DNA of 64,000 bases from Chrysemys picta bellii. Lineage: Eukaryota. The notes below the pieces were generated by a model. It did no database searches. It saw nothing but the letters and a program-made list of their open reading frames with translations, and was not told the origin of the DNA. The stretch is taken from the NCBI RefSeq assembly GCF_011386835.1, contig NC_088802.1, positions 43,152,001 through 43,216,000 of the forward strand, read 5' to 3'. The position numbers and the translations under genes were made by a program. Each line of letters opens with the position of its first letter. Positions within the stretch are counted from its first letter, which is position 1. Below, piece by piece: positions 23,601-37,055 of this stretch.

Positions 23601-25612
23601 TAATTCCTTGGTCCCGTTCTAGGCTTTTTCAGTAAATTTTGTGTTTATTATTTTTCCTTATCCAGGGAGAGAGTTTGTAATTTAATGGTGGCCATAATTT
23701 GAGGCATTTTTTCTGTAGTTTTTGAGGCCTAAAATCACTTTTCTCTTAACCAGCTAACCTAGATAGATACATTCCTAAAAACAGGTGATAGGGCAGGCAC
23801 TTTCATAATTGTTTTATGCTTGAAATTTACATTGATATCCTGATCTTTCCCCCCTCCTGCTGACAAACAATGGGAAAGTGTTCCCCTGCTATAAATTAAT
23901 ATATAGGTGGCTGTTTAGGTACCATGGTGATGGGGTTCCTTCTTAAAATGTAAATGGATAGAGAGACATGCCCCTAAAATTGTGTTGTAAAGTATATCAA
24001 CCACCCCACAGCAAGTTCTGGGTATTTAAGCCCTCCCCCCGGGTGGACCTTCAACCCCACTATCACCAGCCACACCCACACACATCATAAATAACCTAGT
24101 CCTGGCACGGGGAAAATCTTGACTCCCTGGTCTATCTTGGGTATTCATGGCTCTCGTTACCAAAGTATCTAAACACCTCACAATTTTAATGTTTTTATCC
24201 TCAACACTATGAGGCAGGACAGTTTACAGATGGGGAGCTGAGGCACAGAGAGACTGTGACTTGCCTGAGCTCACACAGGGAGTCTGTAGTAGAGACGGGA
24301 GTTGAACCCAGGGTCTCCGAAGTCCCAGGCTAGTATCCAAACCACTGGGACTATCCTTCCTCTCTTTTGTAGTGGTTTTAGTTGGAATCAGAGATTTTAA
24401 TGTTGGGAGAGCCCTGTTATACTGCCCTACTGCTTTTCCTGCCCACATGTCAGGAGATGAGCCCCAAGATTTGGGGAGGGTATTAATAGTCAGTCACTTG
24501 AGTGAGGGAACTTCAATCCTGTTGCTCACTCTTACTGTTTGTATGGAGCCTTTGCTGTGCTCTAATGTGGGGAGGCTGGTATCGGACTGACAGGATATAG
24601 TGGAGGTAGGGCTCCCACAGCAGTGTTATAAAATATGTCAAGGAACCAGCAGCCAACTGAGTTGCTCAGGACAGTTTCATATGTACCAAGTCCTGTGTTT
24701 TATCCTGCTCCTCCCCAGCAGCCATGTAATGACTCTTCTGTGGTGGGTAAAGGATCTTCAGGGATGGATGAAACATGTTACTGGTGGGATCACTTGTTCT
24801 CGTCTTAGGTTGAGTTATTTTCTCCTGGGCTTCTGAGGATCTCTGATCCAGGCCTGGGACGCTCAGTGTTTGGGTGTGGAAGGTAGGCAGCAGGGGTAAT
24901 TCCTGGAGCTCATCCCCCCACCTCCTTGTGGCAGCATTAAACCTATGAAGGTGCATTGTGTAGAGTGATGTGCTTCTAGCCATGGCAGCATCCCACATGC
25001 TGGGGCTGGTAAGTGGCTTCACTCTGCACTCAGTTGGCAGCTCATCCCCCATTTGGAGGGGTGAGACTCTCCTATTCCCCAGAAACCTGAGCAGGCTCCG
25101 ACAAAGCGGAGTGCTTGCCCAGTTAGTAAGAGTGCTGACCCTTCTCTCCAGCCAACCCACTTGACTTCTGGGTGCTCTCACCACATCCTCTGAAACACTC
25201 TCATCCTCTTCTTTCTGGAGAATGAGCAGCAACCGTGCTCCGGCCCAGATGTCTGTGGTGGGAGAGAGGACCAAGAGGAGAAACGTGACTGAGTCTTTAG
25301 AGGATTTAATAAAGTGAAGTCTCAAGGTGTGGCCTGAAATTCCTGAGAGGCCAATGGGGGTGTTTGGTTGTCAGTCAATAGAAGCTTCATTCTTCATATC
25401 CACAATGTATGTGTCTGCCCCAGCCTCTGTATTCTGTTCTTGCCCATCTGCATTGTGCAAGGAACTGGAGTCATGCTGCATAGCTGGCCACTACTGAACT
25501 GGCTGCCAAATGCTGACGCTAACAAGCGGGAGGGGTATTGGGACTAGGTGGCAGATACTTGAATGCAGTCATAGATTTTAAGGCCAGAAGGGACCATTAT
25601 GATCATCTAGTC

Positions 25613-25831
25613 CAGTGGGTCTCCAACTTTTTTACTGGCGATCCCTTTCACATCACAAGCCTCCGAGTGTGACCCCCAGAATAAATTAAACACACTTTTT
25701 AATATATTTAACACCATTATAAATGCTGGAGGCAAGCGGGGCTTGGGGTGGAGGTTGGCAACTCGCGACCTCCCCATGTAATGACCTCATGACCCCCTGA
25801 GGGGTCCTGACCCCCAGTTTGAAAACCCTTG
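25613..25831. mobile_element. hAT (Charlie-type) MITE
   Basis: TIRs cagtgggtctccaact / agtttgaaaacccttg; perfect 8-bp TSD atctagtc. Confidence 0.85.
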
Positions 25832-25903
25832 ATCTAGTCTGACTCCCTGCATCGCAGAGGCCAGAGACCCCCACCCAATGATTCCTAGATAGAGCCCATA
25901 TGT

Positions 25904-26186
25904 CAGAGGTTTTCACACTGTGGGGCATGGGTTCGGGAGTGTGAGTGGTGATGCCAAGTGGCTCAGGCTTTGGTTGTGGGTGATGGGGCTTGGGGAGAGA
26001 GCACCACCTGACTCACCTTAGCGGGCCACCTAGCCTGTGAGTCAGTGTCAACACTTCGGTGCCCAGCAATGGCTCCGCCCCAAGAGACCATCGCATGCGC
26101 CTTCCCCCGCCCTGAAAATCTGAGGGAGTGCAATCAAAAATTTTAACTCCAAGAGGGGCTCAGCTCAAAAAGTTTGACAACCGCTG
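25904..26186. mobile_element. hAT MITE
   Basis: TIRs cagaggttttcacact / agtttgacaaccgctg; TSD ccatatgt / ccatatat (7/8). Confidence 0.8.
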
Positions 26187-29151
26187 CCATATATTGTGGC
26201 TGAGCTAGGCGATCTTGTTTTTAGAAAGATGCCCAATCTTGATTTAAAGACTTGGGTGTTGCATTCCCTGCTCCCCTTTGTTCTGTGATCTTCATTGCAC
26301 TGAGAGTCATTGATGCTGCGGTGTCCCTTGCAACAGAGAAGTGATGGGACTCAGGAGTAGTGAACACAACGGGGATTTGTTGTTTATTATGCTGAGCATT
26401 CATGGCTGGTCTTCACAGGGCCTTTTCTCCCCAAACATCCCACCCGTGCTAGCCACAGTGCAGCTCCACCAGTGCTAGCCACAGTAGGATCATTCGATAG
26501 ACACAGCACTGGCATTTTTACTATCTGGCCATCCGCATTTGCTTTGAGCAGGGTTAGTTGATGCAGTGGTTAAAAAGGCCAGCAGCCATGCACCTTTTAC
26601 ACTAAGGCGACCACTGGTGGGGAGCTCTGTCAGTGTTAGCAACGGTGTGATGCTTCAGGGGAAAAAGGCTAGGGGAGAACCAGATCCTGTAGCCGCCTAG
26701 CGCTCTAGCTTGCAGCCTAAGATGGAAGTGCTGCACAGTGTTACCATGCAGGATGTGTCAAAATGCCAGCCCAGACTCGGCAATCAGAAAGTGGACTACA
26801 ACTACTGCTTACCCTGCCAACCATTCATGAAGCTCTGCCTGAGGCAGTGGAATGACCTCACATCCTCATTAGGAAAGAGAAGTTTAATGGAGACTGCACA
26901 CACAGCTCTGTGTGAGTCATCATTGCTGAATCTATGTCGGCTCTCTGTGAGAAATGGCTGCCAAGATAGGCAAAGTATTCTACATTTTCCAGTTCTTCTT
27001 TTTCAATGTAGATCTTCCTTGCTGGGTCTGATGATTGACCGGGGACTGGCTGGTGTAGAACTTTTTGCTTTGCTATGTTCGGAGTTAGTCCTAGGCTTTG
27101 TAAGCTTCACAGAAGCAATTAAGGGCTGTTTGTAGATCCTTCTTTGAGGGTGCAACTCCAGCACAATCATGTGCGTACTGAAGTTCATTTATTGTTGACA
27201 ATATTACTTTAGTTCTGGCACGGAGATGATTTAATTGAGAATACGCACAGAGCTCTGAGTAAGTACATGTTATAAGACCCAGGGGGAGTTTACCTGGAAG
27301 AGAAACACCTTGTGGACAGGGAGCAAGAGATTGTAACTTGTGTGAATTTCTGTAACTTAGAACCAGAAAATGTTTGCTAATTAAGCATTGCTGTAAAATC
27401 AAAAGGAAGCTCCTATCTCCTTATAAATGCATTAGGGGGCATAAACTATATCTAAACCCAAGTCTCTAGGCAGGCAACATATTCGACTAGGAGTGTGTTC
27501 CGCTGTCCAGAATATAGTCAGGCACAGAGTTGTGAGAGAGCTAGAAGGTCTCTACTGTGTTTGAAAGCAGGAAACTCGCAATGACTGGGTCTGATTCTGT
27601 GCTGTGCTTCGGGTGCAGCCGAGCGGGGAGCAAAGGTGGCTTTACCCCACCTTTGCACTCCAGATTCTGGGCAGCTCCAGGAACCAAAATGGCCCTTGTC
27701 TAAGTTAGAGCATTTACGGGTTGCTCTAACTTACAGCAGCCTGTTGAGGCTGCTTTTGGGCTGCAGGGCTATACCCTCTTAATTCTGTCAACCCCCTCTT
27801 ATAGCGGGGGTGCTGCCCAGATCGGGGTGAGGGCCCAGCTGGGTGTTCAGCTTGACTTACCTAAGCAGTATGTGCAACCCTCTAATTTTATAGATCTGAC
27901 TGCTCCAAGCCAGGTAACCTGTTGTGTGGTGCATTAGAAAAGATTCCATCTCAGACATCTTACGGGAAACAGGGAGAGAGTAGGTGGCAGCTGCAGGTTT
28001 ACAGAAGGGTGTGGCCGCGTCCCAGAGCAGTGCCAAGGAAGTACTGCGGGTATTATATGATCACAGCAACTTAGATATGTGCCTTGTCCCTCTAAGGACA
28101 ATGGCCTTCATCTCGCTAATCCCTGATAGCTGCTTCCTAGGCTGTTTGCACAGTGACTGTGGAATTCTGATGAGCTGGCAAAACCCATTGAATGCTCCAC
28201 TTGGACATTTGCCCTCCCAGTGTTTGTGACACAGGCCACTGCAGCCCTGCAGCAAACGTTTGGTGCCGCACCGACCAGTGGCTGGTCTCATATTAGGTAA
28301 GACTATATGCGTATGTGAAATGACGACTCCCCCAAAATAACTAGGTAGAGGAAAACCCAGGAGTTTCTAAGATCATTTCGTACAAGGGAGAATAATGTGA
28401 GCTCTAAAGGAGACTAGAGACTTAATAATGTTGTTGGCTGTAGAATTTACTCGCTATCTCTGTTTGCCACTCTGAGCAAGATTCATCTCTGGCACAGCCC
28501 CTCTGAAGTCAATGAGTTTGGAATGGCACTGTGTGAAAGCAGCGCTGCTATTAACTGACAGTGCAGGGGGGAGGTGGACTGGATGATCATCCGTATGTTT
28601 TGAATCTTCCCTGTGTCTTTGAGCAAAATCAGCTGAATTGTAGGTTCAAAGCCACATGCGAGCAAATGAATCAGCAGACCCATGCCGTGCTCTTGTGTGC
28701 ATTTCCCTGTGACAGGCTCAGGCTGTTTCTCCCTTTAAAATACGTGTTTTTGTTGCCTCTGGATGGGCAGTTTGTTTCTGAAGTTGCAGATCAACAGTTT
28801 AAATGGGTTATTATATCAGAAAATATATGGGCTACCAAAGAGAGCCAACTGGCCAAAGACCCCTTGTTAAAGTGTGGCAGAGGGCAGGGATTATAAAAAA
28901 TAATAATGATGGTTTCGCAGGATTGGGGGTTGGAGTTTGGAAAAGTCTTACCACCCCAAAATAACTGAGTGCTCTTTACATTAGTGAATTGGTTAAACCA
29001 TACAGTGCTCCAGCGTTTCCCCAAATGGCAACACAAACACCTACACTTACCCTCGCCCATCTCCCTGCTTAACTAAGCCGTGTTTGATCTCTTCTCCAGG
29101 GTTTGCCACTAACAGCCACTTCCCTAACTGCACTGTCGGAGCAGGCCAGAC

Positions 29152-29233
29152 ATGGGAGACACGGGCAAAGAAGAGTATAAAATACAGTCGTTCGATACCG
29201 AGACGCAGCAGTTACTGAAAACTGCTCTCAAAG
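29152..29233 (+). CDS. MIF4GD: MIF4GD (SLIP1) coding exon 1
   Basis: MGDTGKEEYKIQSFDTETQQLLKTALK; exon acceptor ctccag| at 29099; donor |gtcagc. Confidence 0.95.
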
Positions 29234-30211
29234 GTCAGCAAGCACCTGTCTTTCCAGCCCCCATGGCATGGTTTCCATGCCCAGGCTGGCTGGCAGATCA
29301 TGCCTGAACAACCAGATTCCATTTTGTCTTGTTAACACTGATGGCTCCGAATAGGAGAGCTATGTCAGAAATGCCACTAGGCTGCTGCTTGGCCCCAAGG
29401 CCTTTTCCCCACCATGGGTGAGCTAGTGCTGGAATGCACAATCTCTACTCCCTGCCACCTCCTCCCTGAGATTTAAGGCACAGTTGTCTGAGTTCAATTC
29501 CAGATTCTGGAAGGGCATGTCCTCTAGTTGTTATAATCTTTCTGCTCCTGTGTCCTCAAACGGTCTCTGTTCCAATCCACTGGCCATCTCTCTATCTATT
29601 CTCCCCCAATCGCAGATTCTGCTCTCCCACCCTGCTACTATCCCCCCCATCCCCCTACTCCTACCCCAGCCTCTGATCCTGCCCGGTCCCCCCATCTGCT
29701 GTCTGTCTCCCCCGTGCTCCGAGTCATCCCTACCTACTTCCTCATCCCCCTCAGCAAATAATCAACATTCTGCACTCCCACTCCTCCTCCTGCCCCACTT
29801 CCCTTTGCTCCTATCCAATCCCCCTACCTTGCCTTCTGCCCCTCCACCTTTGTGCCTATATATTCTCCCACCTTCCTCCACTGCCCTCTGTACTTCTCTC
29901 AGCCTCTGGCAATGGCTCTTGCTCTGCTCCTGCAATCTACCTCCCACCACCCCATTCCTTGCTCCTTTGCATTGCAGTCAGGGAGCTTCCTCCTTCTCCT
30001 GGGCCCACCAGCAGGGGGAGCATTGAGAGCACAAGGGAGAGTGTCTCCCTGCTCTCAGTTCTTGTGCCTGCTGCCACAGTGGCCTCTGACAGCCAGGAGA
30101 AGCAGTTGCAAGGAGAGTCCTGACCAGCCCTGCAGACCTAGGTTGACGCATGCTCAGTACATCCAGAATTGGCAGAGAATTTCTCCACCAGTCTCTCACA
30201 AGTTTCTAATA

Positions 30212-31310
30212 AGCATAGAATCATAGAACTGTAGGACTTGGAGGACCTCGAGAGGTCATCTAGTCCAGCCCCCTGCATTCAGGCTGGACCAAGTTAACCT
30301 AGACCATCCCCAACAGGTGTTTGTCCAGCCTGTTCTTACAAATCTCCAATGGTAGGGATTCCACATCCTCCCTTAGATTCCACTGAACTATCCTTATGGT
30401 TAGAAAGTAATTCCTAACAGCTAACCTAAATGTCCTTTGCTGCAGATTAAGCCCATTACTTCTTGTCCTGTCTTCACTGGACATGGAGAACAATTGATCA
30501 CAGTTCTCTTTATAGCAGCCCTTTACATATTTGAAGTCTGTTAGCTGGTCTTCCATTAGTCTTCTTTTCTCAAAACTAAACAAGCCTATTTTTTTTTTAA
30601 CCTTTCCTCAGAGGTCGGGTTTTCTAAACCTTCTACTATTTTTGTAGCTGTCCTCTGGACTTTCTCCAGTTTGTCCACATCTTTCTTAAAGTGTGGAAAC
30701 CAGAACTGGACACAGCACTCCAGCTAAGGCCTCACCAGTGCCAAGTAGAGCAAGACAGTTGCTTCCCATGTCCAACATATGATACTGTTGTTAATACAGC
30801 CCAGAATATTAGCCTTTTTTGCAGCTGCATCACATTGTTGACTCTTATTCAATTTGTGATGCACTATAACAAAAAGGGTCCTTTTCTGCAGTATTCTTGC
30901 CTAGCTAGTTAGTCCCCATGTTGTAGTTGTGCATTTGATTTGCCCTTGTCTTTAGTGAATTTCATCTGGTTGATTTCAGAACCAATTTTTAAATTTTCAA
31001 GATCGTTCTGAATTCTAATCCTGTCTTCCGAAGTTCTAGCAACCCCACCCATTTTGGTGTTATCCACAAATTTAACTTATAAGCATACTCTCCACTCCAT
31101 TATCCAAGTCATTCATTAAAATATTTAATAGTACTGGACCCTGGACTGACCCCTGCAGTATTACATCCCCACAGTTGACAGCAAACCATTGATAACTACT
31201 CTTTGGCTACGGTCCTTCTACCAATTTTGCACCCATTTTATAATAATTTAAAGCTAGACCATGTTTCCCTCGTTTGCTTATGAGAATGTCATGTGGGACT
31301 GTGTACAAAC
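30212..31310 (-). mobile_element. CR1 LINE 3' fragment (~1.1 kb)
   Basis: CR1 tail agcatagaatcatagaactgtaggacttggagg plus antisense ORF2 remnants (ORF 30299-30583: FSFEKRRL...YVKGCYKE...DRTRSNGLNLQQ). Confidence 0.88.
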
Positions 31311-31664
31311 GGAACATGTGTAAACTGAGGGGTTTTTTGGAGTTTATAATTTGGCCAAATTTGGGTGGCATGTTACCCGCCAGCACCAGGGCCACCCCCC
31401 TTGCCAAATGTGTGAGTCTGCGCCTCAAAGCATGGAGACCCTGCACTACAGCATCTCAACTAAACAGTTGTAGGACATTTTTTAACATGAGTAAACATGA
31501 TTTCCCCTAATTTCATTCTTAGAATCAGCTGAACCATTTTAGCGGATATATTTCAAAAACTTCTGCCTGAGGCAGGCATCCAGTATAGAAAATGTCATGC
31601 CAAACAGCTTGAGTTTGGCAAAGTTAGCCGCTGAAAACTAGGTCTTATAATGGAAAGTGTAGTG

Positions 31665-32649
31665 CAGTGGTCACCAACTGGTCGATCACGATCTCCGGTG
31701 GTGGAGCAGGGCTGCCACTAAGGCAGGCTCTCTGCCTGCCCCCGCCTCTCCCGGAAATGTCCAGCGCGTCCCTGGTGGGGGGGACAGGGGTCTCCCTCCA
31801 CGCGCTGCTCCTGCCTGCAAGCGCTGCCCCTGCAGCTCCCATTGGCTGGGAACGAGGAGCTGCGGCCAATGGGAGCTGCGGGGGCGGTGCTTGCAGAGAG
31901 GGGCAGTACGCATAGCCACGTCCGTCCCCCCCGCCCCCCAGGGGCTGCAGGGGCACGTTGGCCCCTTCTGGGGGCAGCATGGGCCAGGGTAGGCAGGGAG
32001 CCTGCCTTAGCGGCAGCCATGCTACACCACAGATCGGGAGTCGCCGGAGGTAAGTGCTGCCTGGCGGAAGGCCACACCACAACCCCCACTCCTGAGCCCC
32101 TCCTGGAGCCAGTACCCCATGCCCCCTTCTGCACCCCGAACCCCCTCCTAAACCCCTAGCCCCAGCCTTGAGGCCCCACCCAGAGCCAGAACCGAAAAAA
32201 CCCCTCCTGCACCCCAGCCCTGAGCCCCCTCTGAGCCAGCACCCCATAGCCCCTCCTGCACCCCAACACCCTGCTCCAGCCCTGACCCCCTCAGAGCCAG
32301 CACCCTGTACCCCCTCCTGCACCCCAACACTCTGCCCCAGCCCAGAGCCCCCTCCTGCACCCAAACTCCCTCCCAGAGTTTGCACCTCTCAACCCCCCCT
32401 GTACTCCTGCCCCAGGCTCAGCCCAGAGCCCCCTCCCACACTGCGAACCCCTTTGCCCCAGGCCAGAGCCCGCACCCCCTCCTGAACCCCTACCCTAGCC
32501 CGGTGAAAGTGAGTGAGGGTGGGTGAGGTAGAGTAAGCAGAGCGGGGCTTTGGGGAAGGGGTGGGGCCTTGGGGAAGGAGCGGGGCAGATCGTGGGTTGC
32601 CCTTAAATTTAAAAAGTGATTTGGGGCGTAAAAAGGTTGGATACCACTG
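31665..32649. mobile_element. GC-rich non-autonomous hAT element with internal C-rich tandem repeats
   Basis: TIRs cagtggtcaccaac / gttggataccactg; TSD gtgtagtg / gtgcaggg (6/8); repeated cccctcctgcacccc motifs. Confidence 0.8.
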
Positions 32650-32761
32650 GTGCAGGGCAACCTTAACTATAGGCAACGCTGAGAGCTCTGCCTACAATAA
32701 CTGTAGAATGTGTTTGTGTATATACATACTACTGCTCCCAACTGGGTGGAATTAGAACTGG

Positions 32762-32821
32762 TCTTTTGTGTTTTAGGCCCTATGCCTCTAGCATCTTTTG
32801 TGTTTTAGGCCCTATGCCTCT
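32762..32821. repeat. Tandem duplication, 32-bp period (28 bp identical)
   Basis: tcttttgtgttttaggccctatgcctct at 32762 and 32794. Confidence 0.9.
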
Positions 32822-33714
32822 CCTGTAGCTCAAGTGGCTAGGGCTTCTGCTTTTGAGCAGAAGGATCTCAATTCTGTCTCCATTGTCACCATGTAGTTTC
32901 AGGTGGCCCTGCTGGTGTAGCACAGTGACAACTGTGAAGTTTCATTGTGTCTTCCAGGGGTTTTATAGGCAGTAACTAGTTAACCCTTGCAGCTCACTGT
33001 GAATTAGAGCAGTATAGAATCATTGCCTGTTTTTCAGGTGTGGACATTTAGGCACGGAGAGGGTAAGTGACTTGCCCAAGGTCTCACAGATAGTTGGTGG
33101 CAGAAGCAGGAATAAAGTGCAAATGTCCTGACTCTTGTACCCTTGCTCCGGTCACTCCTCAGCCTGTTACCAGCATTCTCCTCTCATCAGGGGCTTAACA
33201 GACACTGCCATATTCATTTATCTTTTTTCAGCAATGTTTTCACTTTTTGGAAGTTTGGTCTCTTGGGGAAAAGCCCAGGCAGGAGGGGTTGGGGTTGGAG
33301 GCCTCATAGGGAAAAGCCAGCCCTGCTTCTCAACTATAGCATCTATATTCAAAGCACAATAAAAATTTGCCCATTCAGCTCAAATTTAAACTAGCCCCCT
33401 ACTCTCACTCTTGTCCTCTTCCCCTCCCCTTGTGATGACTGTCTCTGCCCAAAAGGGCTAAGTACCCTCTGAGGATGCCATCCCTGATGCAGTCTGTAGG
33501 GGGGCTACAGCAGCTGAGATAGCTGCCTTTGGTCCCTGCCAGCGTGGCAGTGAGCCTGAATTCTTGCAGCATGCTAGCACAACACACTCCCATGTGCACC
33601 TTAGCTGCTTTCCTGGTGTTCTGAAGCACGAGCAGGGAGGGTGTGAAGTGGGGAATCTGTGCAGTGTTGGGAAGTGAGTGTGCGGCACTGACGGTATCAT
33701 CTCTTTCCCTGCAG

Positions 33715-33824
33715 ACCCCAGCAGTGTGGATCTGGAAAAAGTGGCTAATATCATCGTGGACCAGTCCCTCAAAGACTGTGTGTTCAGTAAGGAGGCTGGG
33801 CGCATCTGCTACACCATCATCCAG
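33715..33824 (+). CDS. MIF4GD: MIF4GD coding exon 2
   Basis: (D)PSSVDLEKVANIIVDQSLKDCVFSKEAGRICYTIIQ; ctgcag| and |gtgaga; 110 bp. Confidence 0.96.
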
Positions 33825-34623
33825 GTGAGAAGATGTCAGCATGCTGACAACAAATCCTTAGTGAGTCACACAGCCTGCCCTTCCGGATCACAGCTAGTGC
33901 TAGTGGGTATCCTGGCGTCTCAGCTGGGCCTGCCTCAGTCCCAGAGCATTTACAGAGAACTTCTAATCTGCAAAGCACTTTACTACCACTACTGAGCCTT
34001 CCAATGCCACCCTCTAGAGGAGTATCATCCCCTTTTCAAAGAAAGGGGAAATTCAGGCACACAGAAGGAAAGACTTGCAAAAGGTCATGCAGGGAATACA
34101 ACCCAGCACCTCCTTTCTCCCAGTCCTGCGTTCTGACCACCAGACCAGCTCCTCTCTGTCTTTGTAAACGTTTTAACAGAGGCTACCAATATTTCCACCG
34201 CTTGCCACATCTGCCAGAGATATGCAGAAATCCAAACCTGCCCCCATGTGTGTGAGTACAGTTTCTCAGGCTGAACTGGAAGAGGTTCCCTAGTCTTGGG
34301 GCAGTGGCCTTCATGGCAGAGGAACTTATCCAGCATATTGAAATGGTTTCTTCCCATAAGATCAGGAGTGAGGCTGGCCTGTGGAATTCTGCATGCTGGG
34401 AGGAGATTCTGTAGCTCCAGCGAAGCAGTGAAATAGAGGAAGAGAATGGAAAGGGATGTGCAGGCCATGACAGTAGCATCAACTCCACATGCAGTTAGAC
34501 TCCCACCAATCATCTTTCGTTGTGCAACAATGGGAGTCTGATAATGAATGATATGTAAAGACCCTAGTAATTTGGGTACCCACATTGTTGTCCTCCCCTT
34601 TACTTGCTGTTCTGGGGTCCTAG

Positions 34624-34779
34624 GCAGAGAGCAAGCAGGTGGGCCAGAGCATTTTCCGACGGAGTCTGCTTAACCGACTGCAGCAGGAGTATAAGGACCG
34701 GGAAGAGCTGCGAGCCCGCTCACCCCAGGCATGGATCTGTTACGTCACCTTCATCTGTAACATCTTTGACTACCTGAGG
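34624..34779 (+). CDS. MIF4GD: MIF4GD coding exon 3
   Basis: AESKQVGQSIFRRSLLNRLQQEYKDREELRARSPQAWICYVTFICNIFDYLR; ctag| and |gtaagg; 156 bp. Confidence 0.96.
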
Positions 34780-35756
34780 GTAAGGTGCCTATGCAGAGGA
34801 TATCCCTATCTGCTGCCTCATGCCTAAAGAGGAACTGAACCAAACCCCTCCTGAGTTAGGCGCAGGGGTTTGGAACTTGGAGCGAATTCTGAATTTTGTG
34901 GCTAAACCCAAAAATCTTGGTTCTGAACCCCTTACACTTTGTGTGGGCTGGGGATCTGCATTCAAACATTACGGTTCAGGCTCTTCACTAATTGTTATGT
35001 TCCCCTCTGCATATTGAAGGCCATTGCTTGCTGTTCCCCTTATCAATAAAGTAGGGGATGAGGGAAGATTTGTCGGTATGTAGAGCTGAGCAAATAATTC
35101 TTAAACAAACAAACAAACGTTGAACAAATGTAGCATCCCTCACAGCTCCTGGAACTGGTGCACATGCCTTTATTGGTCAATTGGCACACACTTTTTGGAG
35201 TTCTTTGCTCCGACTGATCTCGGGTGTACTAAATTCAAGTCCCATTGCTTAATTGCGATTGGTTGGGGAAATTGCATGGTATTCTTTCCTGTTCCCTGAC
35301 TGGACGAGTGCTAAAGCCCTCCCAACATGCATACTGAAATTAGCTTTCTGGGAGCTTTGCGCTCGTAGAACTCATGGGTTCAGATGCTGGCAGGCAGTGA
35401 CGGCGAAAGGATTGTGAACACAGTTGAAATGTGGGGGGAAAAGCAAGGGTGTAGCTAATTAATTTTAAAATATAATCAAATATTTCTGGAAAATGTATAT
35501 TTTTGCATCACTTTCCCATCTCTGTTGGTGCCATTGCCCCATGCGAAGACCCCTGATCCTCTGACCAAGGGAGATGTTTCTATATGGTCTCTTAGGCAAA
35601 TCCTGCCAACAGGAGCCTGAGCCAGAATGCCACCATAACTCATTTCCAGGGGAGCAGTTCCCCTCCCATTTGAGAACCGTGAGGGAACAATTCTTTAAAA
35701 ATAAAACTCTGCCTCCTCTACCCCTGAGCTGATATGTGCATCTGGCCCATTAACAG

Positions 35757-35849
35757 GTGAACAACATGCCCATGATGGCGCTGGTGAACCCAGTTTATGA
35801 ATGCCTGTTCCGACTGGCGCAACCTGATAGCCTGAAGAAGGAGGAGGAG
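35757..35849 (+). CDS. MIF4GD: MIF4GD coding exon 4
   Basis: VNNMPMMALVNPVYECLFRLAQPDSLKKEEE; aacag| and |gtgagc; 93 bp. Confidence 0.95.
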
Positions 35850-36827
35850 GTGAGCACTGGTGAGATGCTAACATGCAAGGAGAGTGTGTACAGCCAAGTG
35901 ATTGGCAAAAATACGGTCCTGTAAGGGCTGCTGAGAATGGTTTGAACCAACGTCTGGCCCAAAAGGGAGGCACAGAGCTGAACAGAACTTATTTTCCCTC
36001 GTACCTATTGTAAGTGGAGTGGGGACAGGGAAGTTCCCCGCAGCCCCAAATGGAAGAATTCTGGAGGTGCTGGTGCATCCATACTTATGTTGCAACCACA
36101 GTTCCATTCTTCTCCCATTCCAAACATTTTTAGTTCACGCTCCAGATCTGACCGTGGCTGATGTAGCTGTGCAGTGATCAGAGACTCTGAATGCCAAAGG
36201 CACTGAAACAACCCAAGGGCTGTTATAAAGTTCATAAGTCACTGGCATCCTACCACAACATACCCTTCAAGCACTCAGCCCTACCAGCCTCCTGCTCGTA
36301 GCGCAGGTGCTGCTGTTCCTTGTTAGTTTATGTGAGAGCAACCAGCATATGGTCAAAAGAATCCAAGTCACCCTGGAAACAGAGCATGGTTCAGACAGTT
36401 CTGTCTGTTCTGTTCAGGTGCTTATACTGCACCCATTGAAGGAGCTCTATGGACATGTTGATCCAGCTTTTGCCACTTGGTGGGAGCCTCAACCTAAATT
36501 GATGCAGGTCTGATGGTGTGAATTGCTACCATCATGTTTCTTCAGCAATTTCATGTGTGAAGCTGTGGGATCTCATGGACACTCCTCCTTCCCAGAGAGC
36601 CCCCTCCGAGCAGCTATCAACATCCAGGTTCCTAGCCACTACCAGAGATTGATGGCAACTAACAGTTTCCTAAGGAAAGTGGATGTAATAGAAAGAGAAA
36701 TACAGGGGAACAAGGTGGGGAGAACCGGCCTGGATTAATTTAGAGGTGATGGGGCAGGAGCTCTATTTAGAAACACCATAGGCCCCCACACCATCTTAAG
36801 GTGGCTTTTTCCCTTTCCTCTTTTAAG

Positions 36828-37055
36828 GTGGACTGCCTGGTGCTGCAGTTGCACCGCATTGGTGAACAGCTGGAGAAGATGAACTCCCAGCCAATGGATG
36901 AGCTCTTCTCCCTTCTCCGAGATGGTTTTCTCCTGGAGGAGGGGCTCAGCTCACTCTCTCAGCTCCTGTTGCTGGAGATCATAGAGTTTCGGGCTGCAGA
37001 CTGGAAGATGACAGATGCGGCTCAAAAATACTATTACAGTGAAGTCACAGATTAA
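36828..37055 (+). CDS. MIF4GD: MIF4GD last coding exon
   Basis: VDCLVLQLHRIGEQLEKMNSQPMDELF...QKYYYSEVTD*; five exons sum to 669 bp (222 aa + stop). Confidence 0.96.
   Translation: MDCLVLQLHRIGEQLEKMNSQPMDELFSLLRDGFLLEEGLSSLSQLLLLEIIEFRAADWKMTDAAQKYYYSEVTD

Larger units (their letters stand above)
25568..26260 (-). mobile_element. CR1 LINE 3' fragment interrupted by two hAT MITEs
   Basis: gtcatagattttaaggccagaagggaccattatgatcatctagtc resumes as tgactccctgcatc after 25839 and again after 26194. Confidence 0.7.

Noticed and set aside
31645-32485. Many overlapping long ORFs (up to 246 aa)
   Set aside because: All lie inside a GC-rich non-autonomous hAT element with tandem repeats; low-complexity G/P/A translations, no transposase motifs.
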